From Atractiella rhizophila (taxonomy: Eukaryota), in the NCBI GenBank assembly GCA_021432655.1, contig MU271665.1, forward strand, positions 1-33,659: 33,659 nucleotides of DNA, in the 5' to 3' direction. Both the position numbers and the translations under genes were made by a program. Positions within the stretch are counted from its first letter, which is position 1, and each line of letters starts with the position of its first letter. This document shows positions 13,801 through 25,859 of the stretch, in pieces. Below the pieces are notes generated by a model that ran no database searches, was not told where the DNA came from, and saw only the letters and a program-made list of their open reading frames with translations.

Positions 13801-14843
13801 AGATGGCTTCAGATGGTGGTTTTATCCCTTCCATGCTTTTACATCTGGTATGTAATGCACTTTAATGTGTAGCATCCTAACGCTTATCCTTACTCCCAGC
13901 TGCCATTCAAGTGTGTTCCTCCTAACTCTCACTCCTTTTTCATATTAGAAGCAGGCGCTTGTTATGATACGCTCTCCCCCAACTTGTATCCTTCTAAATG
14001 ATGTTTGGACCGACTTCAATTTCACTTACGACCTTTTCGTTCGTATGAGACAGCATGAAAACTGCAGCCGTATGGTCGAGCGAGCAATGCCTTCTTTGGA
14101 AAGCTTGAAGAGGAAAGCAAATGAGAGCTTGAAAAGGAGAAGGGGTTCAGGCTCGTTAGGCGAGTGTTCCTTGCTGGTTGAAGACGGCCCCTTTCATGTG
14201 TAAACAACAGGAACCGCACCAGTCTCCTATCCTACAAGTTCGACATATCCCCAACAACAACAGTTCTCGCCCTCAGGTCAGCCGTTCGCCTTTTTTTCGT
14301 GCCTTTAACATAGCGATTCTCAGTGCGCGAAATTCAACTTGCTCAAAATCCCTTCAATACCCCTTGGCAGGAAAGCCCGCTGCCTCCCATGTCAAGTATG
14401 CCTTGTAAGTGCAGCTCACTTGCAAAATTGATGCTCATTTTGTTGCTTAAGACACAGATACTTCTCAACCAGACATGGCCGCTTCCATCGGCGATGTGTG
14501 GTCCTCGATTGGCGGCCTGGATCCTGCATCATTGTTGGCTGATCAAGGCCTGCCCCAATTCCTGTCCAAACCTTCTGGCAAGTCTTTTCTGCGTTCATCC
14601 ACTCTTCGCGCTGACTCTCTGATATCCAACCAGAATGGAAAACTGAGATGGACCCGTTGATGCAAACGCTAGTCTTTTGGCATCGTAAGCCATCCTACTC
14701 GTTTTTCTCCCGTACCTTTTGACCCTTGTGTAGCTGCTGGGGCTATCCACTCTCTACCTACTTCAACTTCGAACGACTATGTCTTCACTCCTCCCTCAGG
14801 AGAGGGACCCAGTTTTGCTAGTATGTATGAAACAGGCTATTGA
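10887..14843 (+). CDS. Zn(II)2Cys6 fungal transcription factor with fungal-specific middle homology domain
   Basis: Spliced zinc cluster KSCQECRRLK|VKCSRTWPCTNCRRRGVQNLCP and middle-homology motif GLCLRLAQAMGLHKD...RERVWWECVSYDRLQSLNFGRPY. Many introns; exon boundaries approximate. Confidence 0.88.
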
Positions 14844-15075
14844 TCGTCGACCGTCCTCTTGAACATTAAGTTGGGCATTCCTGGGAATTGTTTTCAGTCG
14901 GAATCTGTACCTCATTGTTCACGACCATCGCGACTATCAGTGCTCACGCTCCAAAGTAGATTGTTAGACAATGAGGGATAATCTAATGAACCCTTTGCTT
15001 CTACTACCGTCTATACAATATGTATCCTGCAATCGAAATGCTCAACATGATCAAAAGTCCGTGCATCGGCGTGAT

Positions 15076-16260
15076 TCATTTTTCGTACTCGATGCTGTTT
15101 ATTAATGTTCCAATGCCTCCATTGACGGCTACTCGGAAGTCATCACCATCCCGAAGGATCTCTGGAGGGTCGTAAAAGCTGAAGAGACAGACAGTCAGCT
15201 GGAGCAAGTGCGAAAGGAGGATACGAACAATCCAATGCCTTTGGGAGTTCCTGTCAGGATCACTGTTCCAGGCAGCAGTGTTGTGCCCTTCGACAAGAAA
15301 GCGATGATTTGAGGGATAGAGAATATGAGGTCACTACCAAACGGTCAGCTTCATTTTCCACCGTATTAGGAGGAAACAACGTACTCCAGTCCGGATTCCT
15401 GCATCACCTTCCCATTCTTGATGCCTTGCAAAAACAGTTTGCTAGGATCGGGAATCCGTGATGGAGATACAAGAGTTGGGCCAAGAGGACAAGCTCGATC
15501 AAATCCTTTCTGTTCTGAGCGTCAGAACCGTACTTTTCACAGAGAACGATGTGACCAACCGAAAAACACCACTGCGACTGATCAAACTGGCTGGCACGCG
15601 ACGAAACGTCGTTCCCTGCTGTATATCCCAACACGTAGGACAGGGCATCAGCTTCTGACACATCCTTGCATGTCTTTCCGATGACAACAGCTGCAATGAA
15701 GGATCAGCTCAGGGATGCTTTCTTGAGACATCAAAAGGCACATACCCAGTTCCGCCTCGTAATCTGCAGATTGCGAGGGAATCGTCCACTTTGGGATGAT
15801 TATGTTTGCTGGATAAGGATCACACAAAGCGGTTGACGGCTTCCTATTTCACGGTCAGAAAACAACCAATGGAAGTAGCAGAGACATGCATAAATAAGAT
15901 GGGCACAGAGGGAATCTCCAGCCTTGTTTCCTCAGCGTGTTTCACGTACTGCAAAGTATGGTCAGATGCTCCATATTAGACATGCTGCAAATGCTAACTC
16001 ACATTCAAACCGATACACCGTATCGTTCCAACCTCGCGCTCTGTCAAAGGGCTCAAGATGCGTCCTATCGTTTCAATCCTCTCTGTCCTCGTCCCAGCAT
16101 CCAACACACTCGATCCACTGTACACTGCGACCTTCACTTCCTCTTTGTTGAAGGTAGCAAGCCCGACATCGACCTCCGCATCCACTGGCTCTCCAACGAG
16201 AACAGATGAAGGGTTAGAGGCGGGACAGAAGCGAACAATTCTCGACCACGACGCAGCCAT
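15076..16260 (-). CDS. Fumarylacetoacetate hydrolase (FAH) family protein
   Basis: Motifs [66 protein letters not shown]. Confidence 0.92.
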
Positions 16261-18139
16261 GTTTCGTCAAGTGATGTTGAATAGAAATGTCGATTTTTAC
16301 ATCCCAAGGTGTGATAAGTGGTAGCATGGTTAAAAGCAGAGTCGAATACACTCTGGACAAAACGACTGTGAGGGGCTCTGCACTAGATCTCCGTCACACG
16401 GCTGCCTGATGCAAATTGTGTTACCCGACGTGAAGTAGGGTCAGGGGAGGGGAGCCTTCGTTTCGATTCCTGTGTGCGTGGAGTCTCCAATCCGTGAGGT
16501 TTTGGAAATCTGTTGAAATGATTATTAGGAGGAACCGCACTAGTACCCGTGACACCTTCTCATCCACACTCTAATTTGGTGGGTCGTAAATGAAGATGAT
16601 GTGTTGCGTCAACGGTGCACGGAATTTGTCAGTCAACTCCTACTCCCGCAGCCGGCAGTCGGAGGTGTTTGACTGAAATACGACCATGGTCCACCAGGCC
16701 AAGCACTACGAATGGTAACATAAAGTGCCTCGGAGTCTGACTGCAGATGCCTCCGTTCGCTCGCTCGTCCCAGTTTGGCAATAGTTGAGGAGCAAAACAC
16801 CGGCGATCGAGCGTTTGCCAAGCTCCTTCACAAATGTTACCTCATCACTAGATAAAAAATAAACGTAGACAGAAATAAACGACGTTACTGCACAAGTGTG
16901 AGATGTGTCAAAAATGAAGTCAAGAGATGAGCTCACGGCGCGATTGCTCTAAGCATCCGCTTATGAGCGATAACATCACACACACCAGCAGCAAAGACTC
17001 TACTATATGTCAGAAAGATCGTGAAATCTAATTGAAAGATGAGAAACCTCCTAATAACGAATGTGAAGTTCCTTCCGATTTATCTGAAAGATTCGTGCAA
17101 ATCGGTGCGAACTCACACGTCCCGTATGCACAAATGTTAGGACGCTCAGCGCCAGACAAGTTGAGAACATGCCATCCGCTATTCGTCGCGTTTGTGTGTC
17201 AGGAGACCTCATGATAAACTGGTATGTCTGTCTGTCTGTTGAGACCTTTGGGGCCAAATGGATGCTAAGGGGTGCACCATCAACAGAAGTCATCAAATCC
17301 TTGTACAACATAGGAATGATATCCTTTGTGAACTCCAAGCTCTTTATTTTACCAAAAGAGAAACTACGCCCACTTGTCAATACTGGCTTTGGAGGTGGGT
17401 GGATGGTTACTTAATGTTCAGTTAATTGATTGACGGGTTTCATTTAATATCTTGGTTGTCTTGATTTTGTCAGGTGTAACACTTTCTTGACAGATCTGGA
17501 GCTCAAACATCCATGTGCCTTGTTATGGAAAGGATGAACACAACGACGCTGCAGCCCACAAAGATGAGGATTTGTTATTTTCAAGAAGACGAAGAAAACT
17601 AAAGGTTCTTCCCATGCTGAAAAGCCTCCTGGCGCTTTGTCACTTCAAAGCCTATACATCAACGACCTTTATCTTCCAAGCTGCAAGGGTTTTGTTTCTT
17701 TGCACTTTCAAAGGTATAAATGCAATTGCGCTCTCTCCTAGAGTCTGCCACAAAAGCAGAAATGGAGGTTTAAACCCGAAACGAAAGATAGAACAGGCTG
17801 ATGCAGAGATGGCCAGACAACTGCATCTTGATGAATGAAGTGACAATGGGTTTGAATCGAGTTTGAATATTTGAAAGGTCACACTTTCAGGTTCGTTCGG
17901 GTTCCAATCCTGAACAAGAAACAATGCTCAATTTCCCTGTTCTTCCTTGTGCATTGCGCAAATCAGTAACATGACAAGGAAAAGTAGTTACTGTAGGGGA
18001 TGTTCATTTTCATTGCCCGTCGTTCCGTTTCCGTCATGTCGAAAGGAGGAGGCTGGGCAGTATTTCACTCGCTGGCAGTCTGCCCGTTTCTCTCATCCAC
18101 CCAGCCTCAGGGTCGTTTTTGGAATCGTTTCAGGTGACC

Positions 18140-20112
18140 ATGTCATATCCATACTACTCAGTTGAAGAAGCCGTTCACGAAAAGCCCAAAGACGAGTCTA
18201 CTCTTAACAATCGTTTAGAATCCTTCAACTACGGCGAGCCTGTCAGGACCCGAACGTCGACTTGGACGGATAATTCCAAAACGGCGTTTTTCTCTAATAC
18301 ATGCCGCGATAGAGAACTTCGCAGTGGGCAGCGGTTCCACCACTCCATTTGTGCGATCTCTTCGTTTTCTTGAATGCTGAACACCTCACCGATCTGGTGG
18401 CATCCAGCTCGAGCGTGGTCGTGGATGATTGGCCTTTTCATTGGCGCAGCTATTGTAGCCGTCCTCCATGATGTCTACAACAGCATACTTGATGGAAAAG
18501 CGGTCTCCTCTCCGCGTTTGGGCTCGGTTAAAGCCTCCAACCTTTCCCAAGACTGGGCAAATCGCATCTCGACAGTGATCGCCTTGGTCTTCAAGACGCT
18601 TCTCTCCGCAGGTGTCAGCATTGCCTTTACCGCTGTGTTATGGGAGAAATTGAAGCGTCGACCTCTTTCCATTAATGCGCTTGATGCATTGTTCACCATC
18701 CAGAATGACCCGTTTGCATTTCGCCATATAGAGATTTGGCTGAGAGCTTTCTCGTACGTCGCCTCTCTTATCAGTCACAATGTGAGAGTGATACCAAACA
18801 TGTACAGGATAGTCTTTCTGGCTGGACTGACTTGGGCTCTACCTTTTGCCTCAGCATTCACACCAGACACACTCAGCGTTTCGGTCGAGCCTATATCCAC
18901 TACACGTATTTGCAATATTCCACTCTACGACCCATCATCTCCGTCAATGGTGTTGGATCAACATCTTGGAGCGAATGCCTATACAGGTCCAAATGCTGTC
19001 ATCAATTCCACATCTCTTCGAACACTTGGGACGGGTTCCTTTCTATCGATACCCAATCCTTGCGGATCAGGGGGGTGCGCATACAACGTTGCCGTCAAGG
19101 CTCCAATGTTCAAGTGCGAGGACGTGGAAGGAGGGTATTTCAATAGCACTGACCCTTTGCCAGATCGACAGCTGAGTGGGTTGTATTGGGAAGGATATGA
19201 GGTGATTGGGACAGATAAGAGCATCACTCTCGTCCTCGCTCATCGGGTTCGAGTGCTACATCAATCCTCACTCTTCATCTCTTCTGATAGTATGCATATC
19301 TGCAGAACGGAAACACGACATGTTCGCCCTTCTATGGAATGTACGACCTTAAGCTCTCTCATCAAAATGATACCCTCTCGATCACAAACATCACTCGCAA
19401 CTTTGTGGACCCAATGACCTACATCGCCTTGAACGAAAGCAACGTCTTCTTCACCTCTACGCAAGATATTCGTAACGCCTTCGCTATCAAAGACGCAGTT
19501 GTCGGGTTGCTAGCAGGGACCATCAAAGTGCTTCCTGCATCGACTGGTGTCGACACCTTCTTCACGAGCGCAGTAGGAGCGTCCAACTTCGCCTCCTATG
19601 CAACCGTCGACTCGGATCCAGATGGGCACGGAACGTTCAAGACAATTCTGAATATATCCAGGAGCGTAAGTAGCAGCGCCGAAAGCCTGCTCACCAATGT
19701 GTCGATCAGCCTTCTCTCCCTCCCCTCTGTCCAGAGACAAGATGTCCATTGCGACGCTACCGCCAATGTCCAGGTGTGGAAGTACGATCGTCGTACGCTT
19801 TGGCTAGCGTATGGAGCCGCCCTGCTTACCGCTTTAGGCTGTACGATATGGGGATCGTATGAGGTTTATAGGAACGGTGGTGGCATGGCGATTGACTTTT
19901 CCATGTTTTTGCTCACGACAAGGAACGAGTCCTTGAATGGAGTAGCGAGATTCGAGAAAGAGGAGTTGGAGGGCACAAAGCTCATGTACGGGCCAGGTAT
20001 GAAGGACTCACTGGCGCTTGACGAGGGTACATGGGCTTTTGGCACGGAGAAGGATTTTGGGGGAAGTTTTGATCAATCGCCTTTGCTACCATCGAGGTTG
20101 AACTGTCATTGA
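18140..20112 (+). CDS. Fungal multi-pass membrane protein of unknown function
   Basis: Hydrophobic helices (WMIGLFIGAAIVAVLH, VIALVFKTLLSAGVSIAF, LWLAYGAALLTALGCTIWG), a Cys-containing luminal region with several NxS/T sites, and C-terminal FSMFLLTTRN. The 57-nt intron 18351-18407 removes the in-frame TGA at 18371-18373. Confidence 0.75.
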
Positions 20113-20264
20113 GTAATGTACAACTTAACGTTGGTGCAAGGGAGAAATACTAGGGTTAAGCCAAAGGTCCATCTATAAATGAGAGAAATGGGAGCGATGT
20201 TGATATCGATTAGGAGGCTTCATAATTTTAAGTACGGCAAGAGGGTGGCCTGATGTGTCTGGTT

Positions 20265-23174
20265 TCATGGCATCGCCTGTCCCATTCCAACCTTTTCCGC
20301 AAACTATGCAAGATGGCGGTAGGTCAGAACACTTACTGCTTGCCTACAAGGAGAAACTCACAGCGGGGTAATTTTCGATGAACCTCTTCTGCGCTCGGCT
20401 AGCGTAGACGAAACACCAAGTCTGCACAAGCTCTCCTTCCGTCCTGGCCCTCTCGGCGGCCCTCTCAAACGTCCTTCCAGCCTCATCGATCCTATTTTGT
20501 TGAAGGAGGACCTGAGCGAGGGTGTTGATGGCGATATCGCATTGAGGGTCGAGCTTGAGAGCTTTCTGACAAAGCTCCTCCGCTTTTGTAAGATTGTTTT
20601 CGGATTGGATGAGACACATCGCTTGGTTGATAAGTGGAATGACATTGATAGGTGGTGGACGCTGTTCTTCGAGTTCATACGCTTTCTGGAAATGCGACAC
20701 TGCTTCTGGGAAGTTGCCTTGGTCCAGTAAAACTTCTCCGTAGTAGTTGTGCCTGTACAACGAAGATATGTAGTTTAGTTGAATGGGTTGAGGAGGCAAC
20801 ATACCCTTCTGGATTGCCAGGAAACTCTTTAAGGACTTGCAAAAACTTCGTCATCGCTTCCGACACCTTTACTTCATCTTAGCTGAGATTACAAGGTGAA
20901 AGTGGTCAACGTACCCTCTTGCCCTTGTAGAGGGCAACAGCGAGTTGGATATGCGAGAAGATGAAAGCAGGGTCATAAAGAATAGACTTTTCATATTGCC
21001 CCATGGCGTTATCAAAGTCTTGCATGATGAAGTAAACTTGTCCGCGATGGTAGTAGACGTCAGCATCCTCCGAATCGATCTTCTCAGCCTCATCAAAGTC
21101 CCTGAGCGCGCTCATAGTCTCCCCCAGCTCCATGTGCACGCTCGCCTTCTTGATCCAGGTCTGCACCCTGTTCTTCCGCCTCCTCTTCCTCGTTTCTTCC
21201 GAATCCTCAGGCCCATCCACAACCTTGTCGAGAATGGAAGAGGCAATATCAATATGTTCCTGTGCCGATTTCGCATCCCCTAGGATAAAGAAGAAGGTTC
21301 CCCTCCAGCACTGAGCCAAGCCCAATCGTTCCTGGTCGTCGATACCTTGCTCCAATGCTTCTCCTAGAAGCGTGAAGGCGTGTGTGTAATCGGCAGCCTT
21401 TACAGCGCCGAAAGCTAGCTCTAAGGTTTCATCACCTTGTGACGGGGTGGCAGGAAGCGGAGGGAAGGGGTTGGGGCGGAAGGCTTCAAGGTAGGCGCGA
21501 ACGAAGTTGACGGAAGGGAGGTTCAACGCGCGTGTCTGCCCATTCACAATTGTCAGCAATCTCGAACAACAGTCCAAAGGGGTAAGCGGGGCATGGACGT
21601 ACCTTGAGGACATCCTTAGCCTTGTCTCCAGCCAACCGCTTAACAGCAGCATCCACCTTCTGCGCCGTTTGCTCATCTTTGAACTCACCGAGGATGGCAG
21701 CAATGGTATAATCTGCACGACATCAGCCAACTTCATCCATCAACAAAAGTCAAGACGAGAAGCTCACCACAAAGAGCCTCAAAAAGGCTGTCCAAATCGC
21801 CCATAGCCTCTCTAGCGCTAGCTCTCCTATTCAACGCCTTGACATACGTATTATCCAACTCCAGCGCGCTCGTACAGTCTCGGATTACAGCCTCGGTGTC
21901 CCCGAGGTTGGTGCAGCAGGCGGCACGGTTGGAGTAGTATACGGCGGCGCGCTCAAATTCGATCGCTTTCGAGTAATAATTCAGAGCGGTTTGGTAGGAT
22001 CGTGCGCTGTAAAAGCGGTTGCCAGCTGTTTTCAGCTTGAGCGCGCGAAGATGTCGGTCCTGAATACGATGATGGTTAGTGAGCATTATTCAAAATTCTC
22101 TAGCGCAGACAAGAAATCTGAACGCAAAGACTGGAATTTGTCGAAGCACAGAACCCAAATCACGAAAAACCATGAAGTTCATCTCCCGGCGAATGAAGTA
22201 TTGCACATATTTAAAATGGCAAAAGGCTAGCTAGAAGCTGCAGAGAAATGTGAGGAAACATTGCTTGCTATCTTCTCCAAGAACATGGTTCAGAAAGGTC
22301 ATTTCAACTCAATCTAAAGAGAGGCAGAATCTTCTTGCTTCAGATGTTCTTGCCTGTCAGTCCCTCCTTGTCCTCCTATTTCAGTTTCGAGGACTGGACC
22401 TGAGAAATCGGTTGAAATTCTTTGTATCTGCTCCTTAAGAGGATACATTCTTGTACCCCAGGATGACCAAACTCCAAGGTTTGGGTCAACCAGAAACGAT
22501 ATAGAGCTTGCTTTCCCTTCAAAGGTGAGGCAGCAAGTAGACTACGGGCTATAGCCGTCGTAGGCAAAGAAAACTTCGTGAACAAACGAAAGAGCGAATA
22601 CAACAGAGACCACAGAACGAGATCAAACAGGGATCCCAGAGCGCACCCAAGTATGCGCTGCGACCTTTTCCTAGTGGCTGGGAAGAGTTCCAAGTGCTTT
22701 GGTGCGCTCTCTGACGTGTTACCACCCTCGGAGCGGTAACTTGCAGCTGACAGTAATATATGTCAACCAGTATCTAGAAGGGTAAGTGCAAGAAGTGTAG
22801 TTTACGATACGAACCAAGGTGAAAGATAAAGACAGTGGTTCTAAATGTAGAGAAAGTTCAAGCATTTTGAGGAAATATTTCGGCCCACCACTCTGGCTTC
22901 TCCCACTCCAGAATTTACGCACCTGCTGAGACAATGCCTTGATCTCATTCTCAGACATTTCAAGCAACAGTTGCAGCTCCGCCTTCTCCTTCTTCTCCTT
23001 CTTTTGCTCTTCCGTCTCCTCCCCTTCAACAACAGAAGCCGGAGAGTCACTCTTCCGTTTCCTCCCAGCCTTCTTCGTCTGCGGCTTCCCACTCCCACTC
23101 CCACTCCCCGCCCCACTAGAAAGATAAAGGGCTGCCCCAGCGCCGCCAGCTACGACGAGGGCAGTGATAATGAG
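20265..23174 (-). CDS. TOM70: Mitochondrial import receptor Tom70 (TPR protein); its first 27 codons lie in the mirror-reversed block
   Basis: N-terminal anchor LIITALVVAGGAGAALYL, basic/acidic linker, TPR clamp ALKLKTAGNRFYSARSYQTALNYYSKAI...VYYSNRAAC...YVKALNRRASAREAMG, and further TPRs (DVYYHRGQVYFI, IFSHIQLAVALYK). Contains an 863-nt intron, 22060-22922. Confidence 0.92.
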
Positions 23175-23200
23175 GCTGACTGCGTCAGCCTTACTATTTC

Positions 23201-24121
23201 GCGGGCTCCAAAATTTGTTCGATCCTGTACCTTTCGGTCAACTACAAACCTCGCAACCCAGGCAGATGAGAGAACCCAACTACGGTGTTGACTTGTTCTA
23301 ACACGTCTAGTAATGGATGTGCGACAAGCAGTGAGAAGTGGCATTATCGGAACTCCGATTATTTACAACGAGTGTCTGAGACGCCTATGTGTGGCAAGGC
23401 AAGACTCCTAGCCGCGCTTAACTAACGACTTTGTTGAGCTCGCTTTTAACTTAACAGTCACAGGGAAAACTAGGTAGTAACAAAAGAGTAGAGACTGTTT
23501 ACGAAATGTCAGTACTAGCCATAACCTTCTTACAGAGGCTTCGGCGATTCTACAAGTAGTTTTGCGACGACTTTGGCCTAGGTAGCCTTGCAGGGTGTCG
23601 CTGACGTCGCGAGTTGGAAGGACAAGCAGGAGAAACCAACGGCTGAGGGACAGAACAGGACTAGGCTTCGGGTCACCGAAAGATCGAAGTTTGGGAGGTG
23701 GCTCGTGCTAGAAAGATCACCAGACGCACTCTTGACCTTGGGAGCAGCCGTAACCTTTAGACGGTAAAGCCGGCAAGCATACTGACCCGCAGACTTCCCT
23801 GACAACTCGCACTTTTTGTACGTCGTTAGAAACCTCCTATGCCTATCGCTACAACCATGCATTGTGAAAGGAAATGAAAGTAAACATCCTCCTCGAAAAC
23901 TTTAGGACTGAACGCTAACTAAACATCTTATAGTATGCCCTCTTCTTCTGTTAGACCTGCTTCCTTGTTTCAGCTTTGCTGTGTCGTTCGTGGGCAGCGT
24001 TCTGAAGTTGTTTCTGCGCAGGTTTCTCCGTAGCTTCCTTCGTAGCTTCCTTGGGCAGGGACTCGGAGAACAGCGAGGTCTTCGTCAATTAGAGGTCGGA
24101 GTGCTACGACATTTCAGCATT
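23201..24121. CDS. C-terminal half of the Ca2+/calmodulin-dependent kinase, readable only as the complement of the + strand read left to right
   Basis: The complement gives (A)PEVLNKLGHGKPVDVWSVG..IITYTLLCGYTPFRSEDRRELIAETTRAKIEFHDRYWKNVSEAAKMFIKTLLKPDPSERPTATAALNLPWLSS...WNPRRHWKSAISAVRMTGRL...HDAVKS* with GT-AG introns. Confidence 0.93.
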
Positions 24122-24539
24122 TTCAAGGGGACCAGACCAGATTGCTAACAGTACATTGCTAGACAGGACGAGCGGGAGTTAGAGGTAAAACAAAGGAAAG
24201 AGGAACCCAAGTCTCAACCAAGACAAGCTTTTTTGATTCAACGACTGAAGAAATAACTATAGTTCGCTCTCAAGAAGACGGTAAACATTTACTTTCGCGC
24301 CACGTCTATCTGGACTATACATTATCCTTATCACCAAGTAACATTGTTATAGGGTCTCTTCGGAACTTCTCGTCCGTTCGTCTTAGAAGTAGCTCAAATT
24401 GTGTAAAGTGTAAGAGACTGTCAAATGTCTTTGTCTGTTTCGCTGTCTTGTGTTCGACAACGTGTTGTCGTAGGGTATTTAGTCGAGTATTCAATTACTT
24501 CGAAGAGGGTACGCTTGGCAATTCAGAAGTGTAAGCTCT

Positions 24540-25859
24540 AGTTCGTCACGCAGACTCCTGGAAGCGTCGGTGGGAGAACTTCTTGGTTAAGAAGAAGAAG
24601 ACGAGAGGTCGGCGAAAGGGAAAGGGGCAAAAGACCGTGACGCGGTTAACCAAAGACGTAACCACCCTAAACCTTTTCCTGTCGTCCATTAGGTGGCGTC
24701 GACTTGAGAAGCGCCCTCACTACCACTAACCTCGTGGCCAACCGCAAACTCCCTACATCAAGCGAAAGAAACCTCTCGCCCCGCTTCGCTAAAGAAACCG
24801 ACGCTAGTTAGTGTTAACAACAAGTCTATAACGGACTTCAACTCTCTTCCTCCTGATTGGGTCAAGCTCGAGTTTATCCACCAGATTACGCAGATGCATA
24901 AGCTCCCCTTGACGGGAGAGATGTATAGGGTCATTTCTTCAGTCTTTTGGATTATTTCTTATCACTCCTCCTCTACCAATGGAGAGGTTTTATGCTTCGG
25001 TGGGAGAAGGTATCAGAGGGTTCAGTTGTAGGACTAGCCTGGCTGCTGGAGGGTCCGGAGCTGCGGAAGGGTGGAGGAAGAGGGAAGGTTTTATCTGTAG
25101 GAGGGTTCGTGGGAGAGAAGGTAGGGAAACGAGTGAGGCTGTAGAAAGAAGCCGCGTTTGGACTTGAAAGCGAACGATAAAAGGTGGTTGCAAACCTCGC
25201 TTCTTGATCTAAACAGGCTCAGAAAGAATGTTCAACTTCATCTCTCCTACCGGCTTTGCACGCCTACCAGGCCAACTCCAAGCTGCTCCCTCCTTTTGTG
25301 CGGCCTTTGGCTCCAACCGTAAGGGGGAAGTTCACCGTAGAGCCAAACTCGAGGGTGAGGCAGCTACCTTCTGACCTACCACCTGTGCCATCTATTAGAG
25401 CTCGGTTCACCTATAACTTTTAGGTTCATCTGAAACCCTCGTCCTTCCAGCTCTCCCTCCTCCCTCTTCGGAACTACCTAACCCTACTGTCCGAACTCCG
25501 CTCCTCAACCTCCCATCTACTTCGAGAAAAGAAAGGCGCAGGTTCGACATATACATTGGATCGGTATTTCACTTGTAGGGAACGTCTACCAACTTTTGCT
25601 CCTCGTGTGGCTCTAGCAGATGAGGGTTAGCAGAATGAAGATCCTTTAGGCGTTCGAGAAGGAGACAGTTAGGGAGGCGCCGCCGCTCCGCAACTCGCGA
25701 GAGCGAGTTAGGTATTACCAAACGACGCAAAAGGCGCCCTCACCCCTCGAACTGCGGCTCCTTCGCCCTTTCTCCTACCTGACACCTGAGTTTACCCAAA
25801 CGTTGAGAAAGAGGTCCTTGCTCTGTATGGAACTAGAAATCTCTAACCCGCTTTCCGTA
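24540..25859. CDS. Hidden hypothetical gene, readable only as the + strand read right to left without complementing
   Basis: The reversed reading gives ATG MPFAQSLKIKVCLVPGERVANPFESTVHPLSRFLGVKLPTPAENAANHYGLSESAQRLAAAEGLTEEELADFLEVRRLG..., GT-AG introns, and a last exon KEIASPRSPKKANYIPQTPTG...KKKNWFFKRVAAKVLRRTA*. The frame of the middle exons is uncertain. Confidence 0.65.

Noticed and set aside
18371..18376. Stop-codon readthrough or pseudogene at the in-frame TGA-ATG in the membrane protein gene
   Set aside because: A 57-nt GT-AG intron (18351-18407) removes the stop and keeps the frame.
22060..22922. Specific assignment of the TOM70 intron as telomerase RNA, U1, snR30/U17 or RNase P/MRP
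   Set aside because: No CCCTAA template, no ATACTTACCTG, m1/m2-like words are in the wrong order and imperfect, and there is no matching P4 pair. Left unassigned.
23150..23344. ORF MPLLTACRTS... as the first exon of TOM70 via a 55-nt intron
   Set aside because: The splice phase does not fit, the required frame contains a stop, and the sequence belongs to the mirrored kinase exons.
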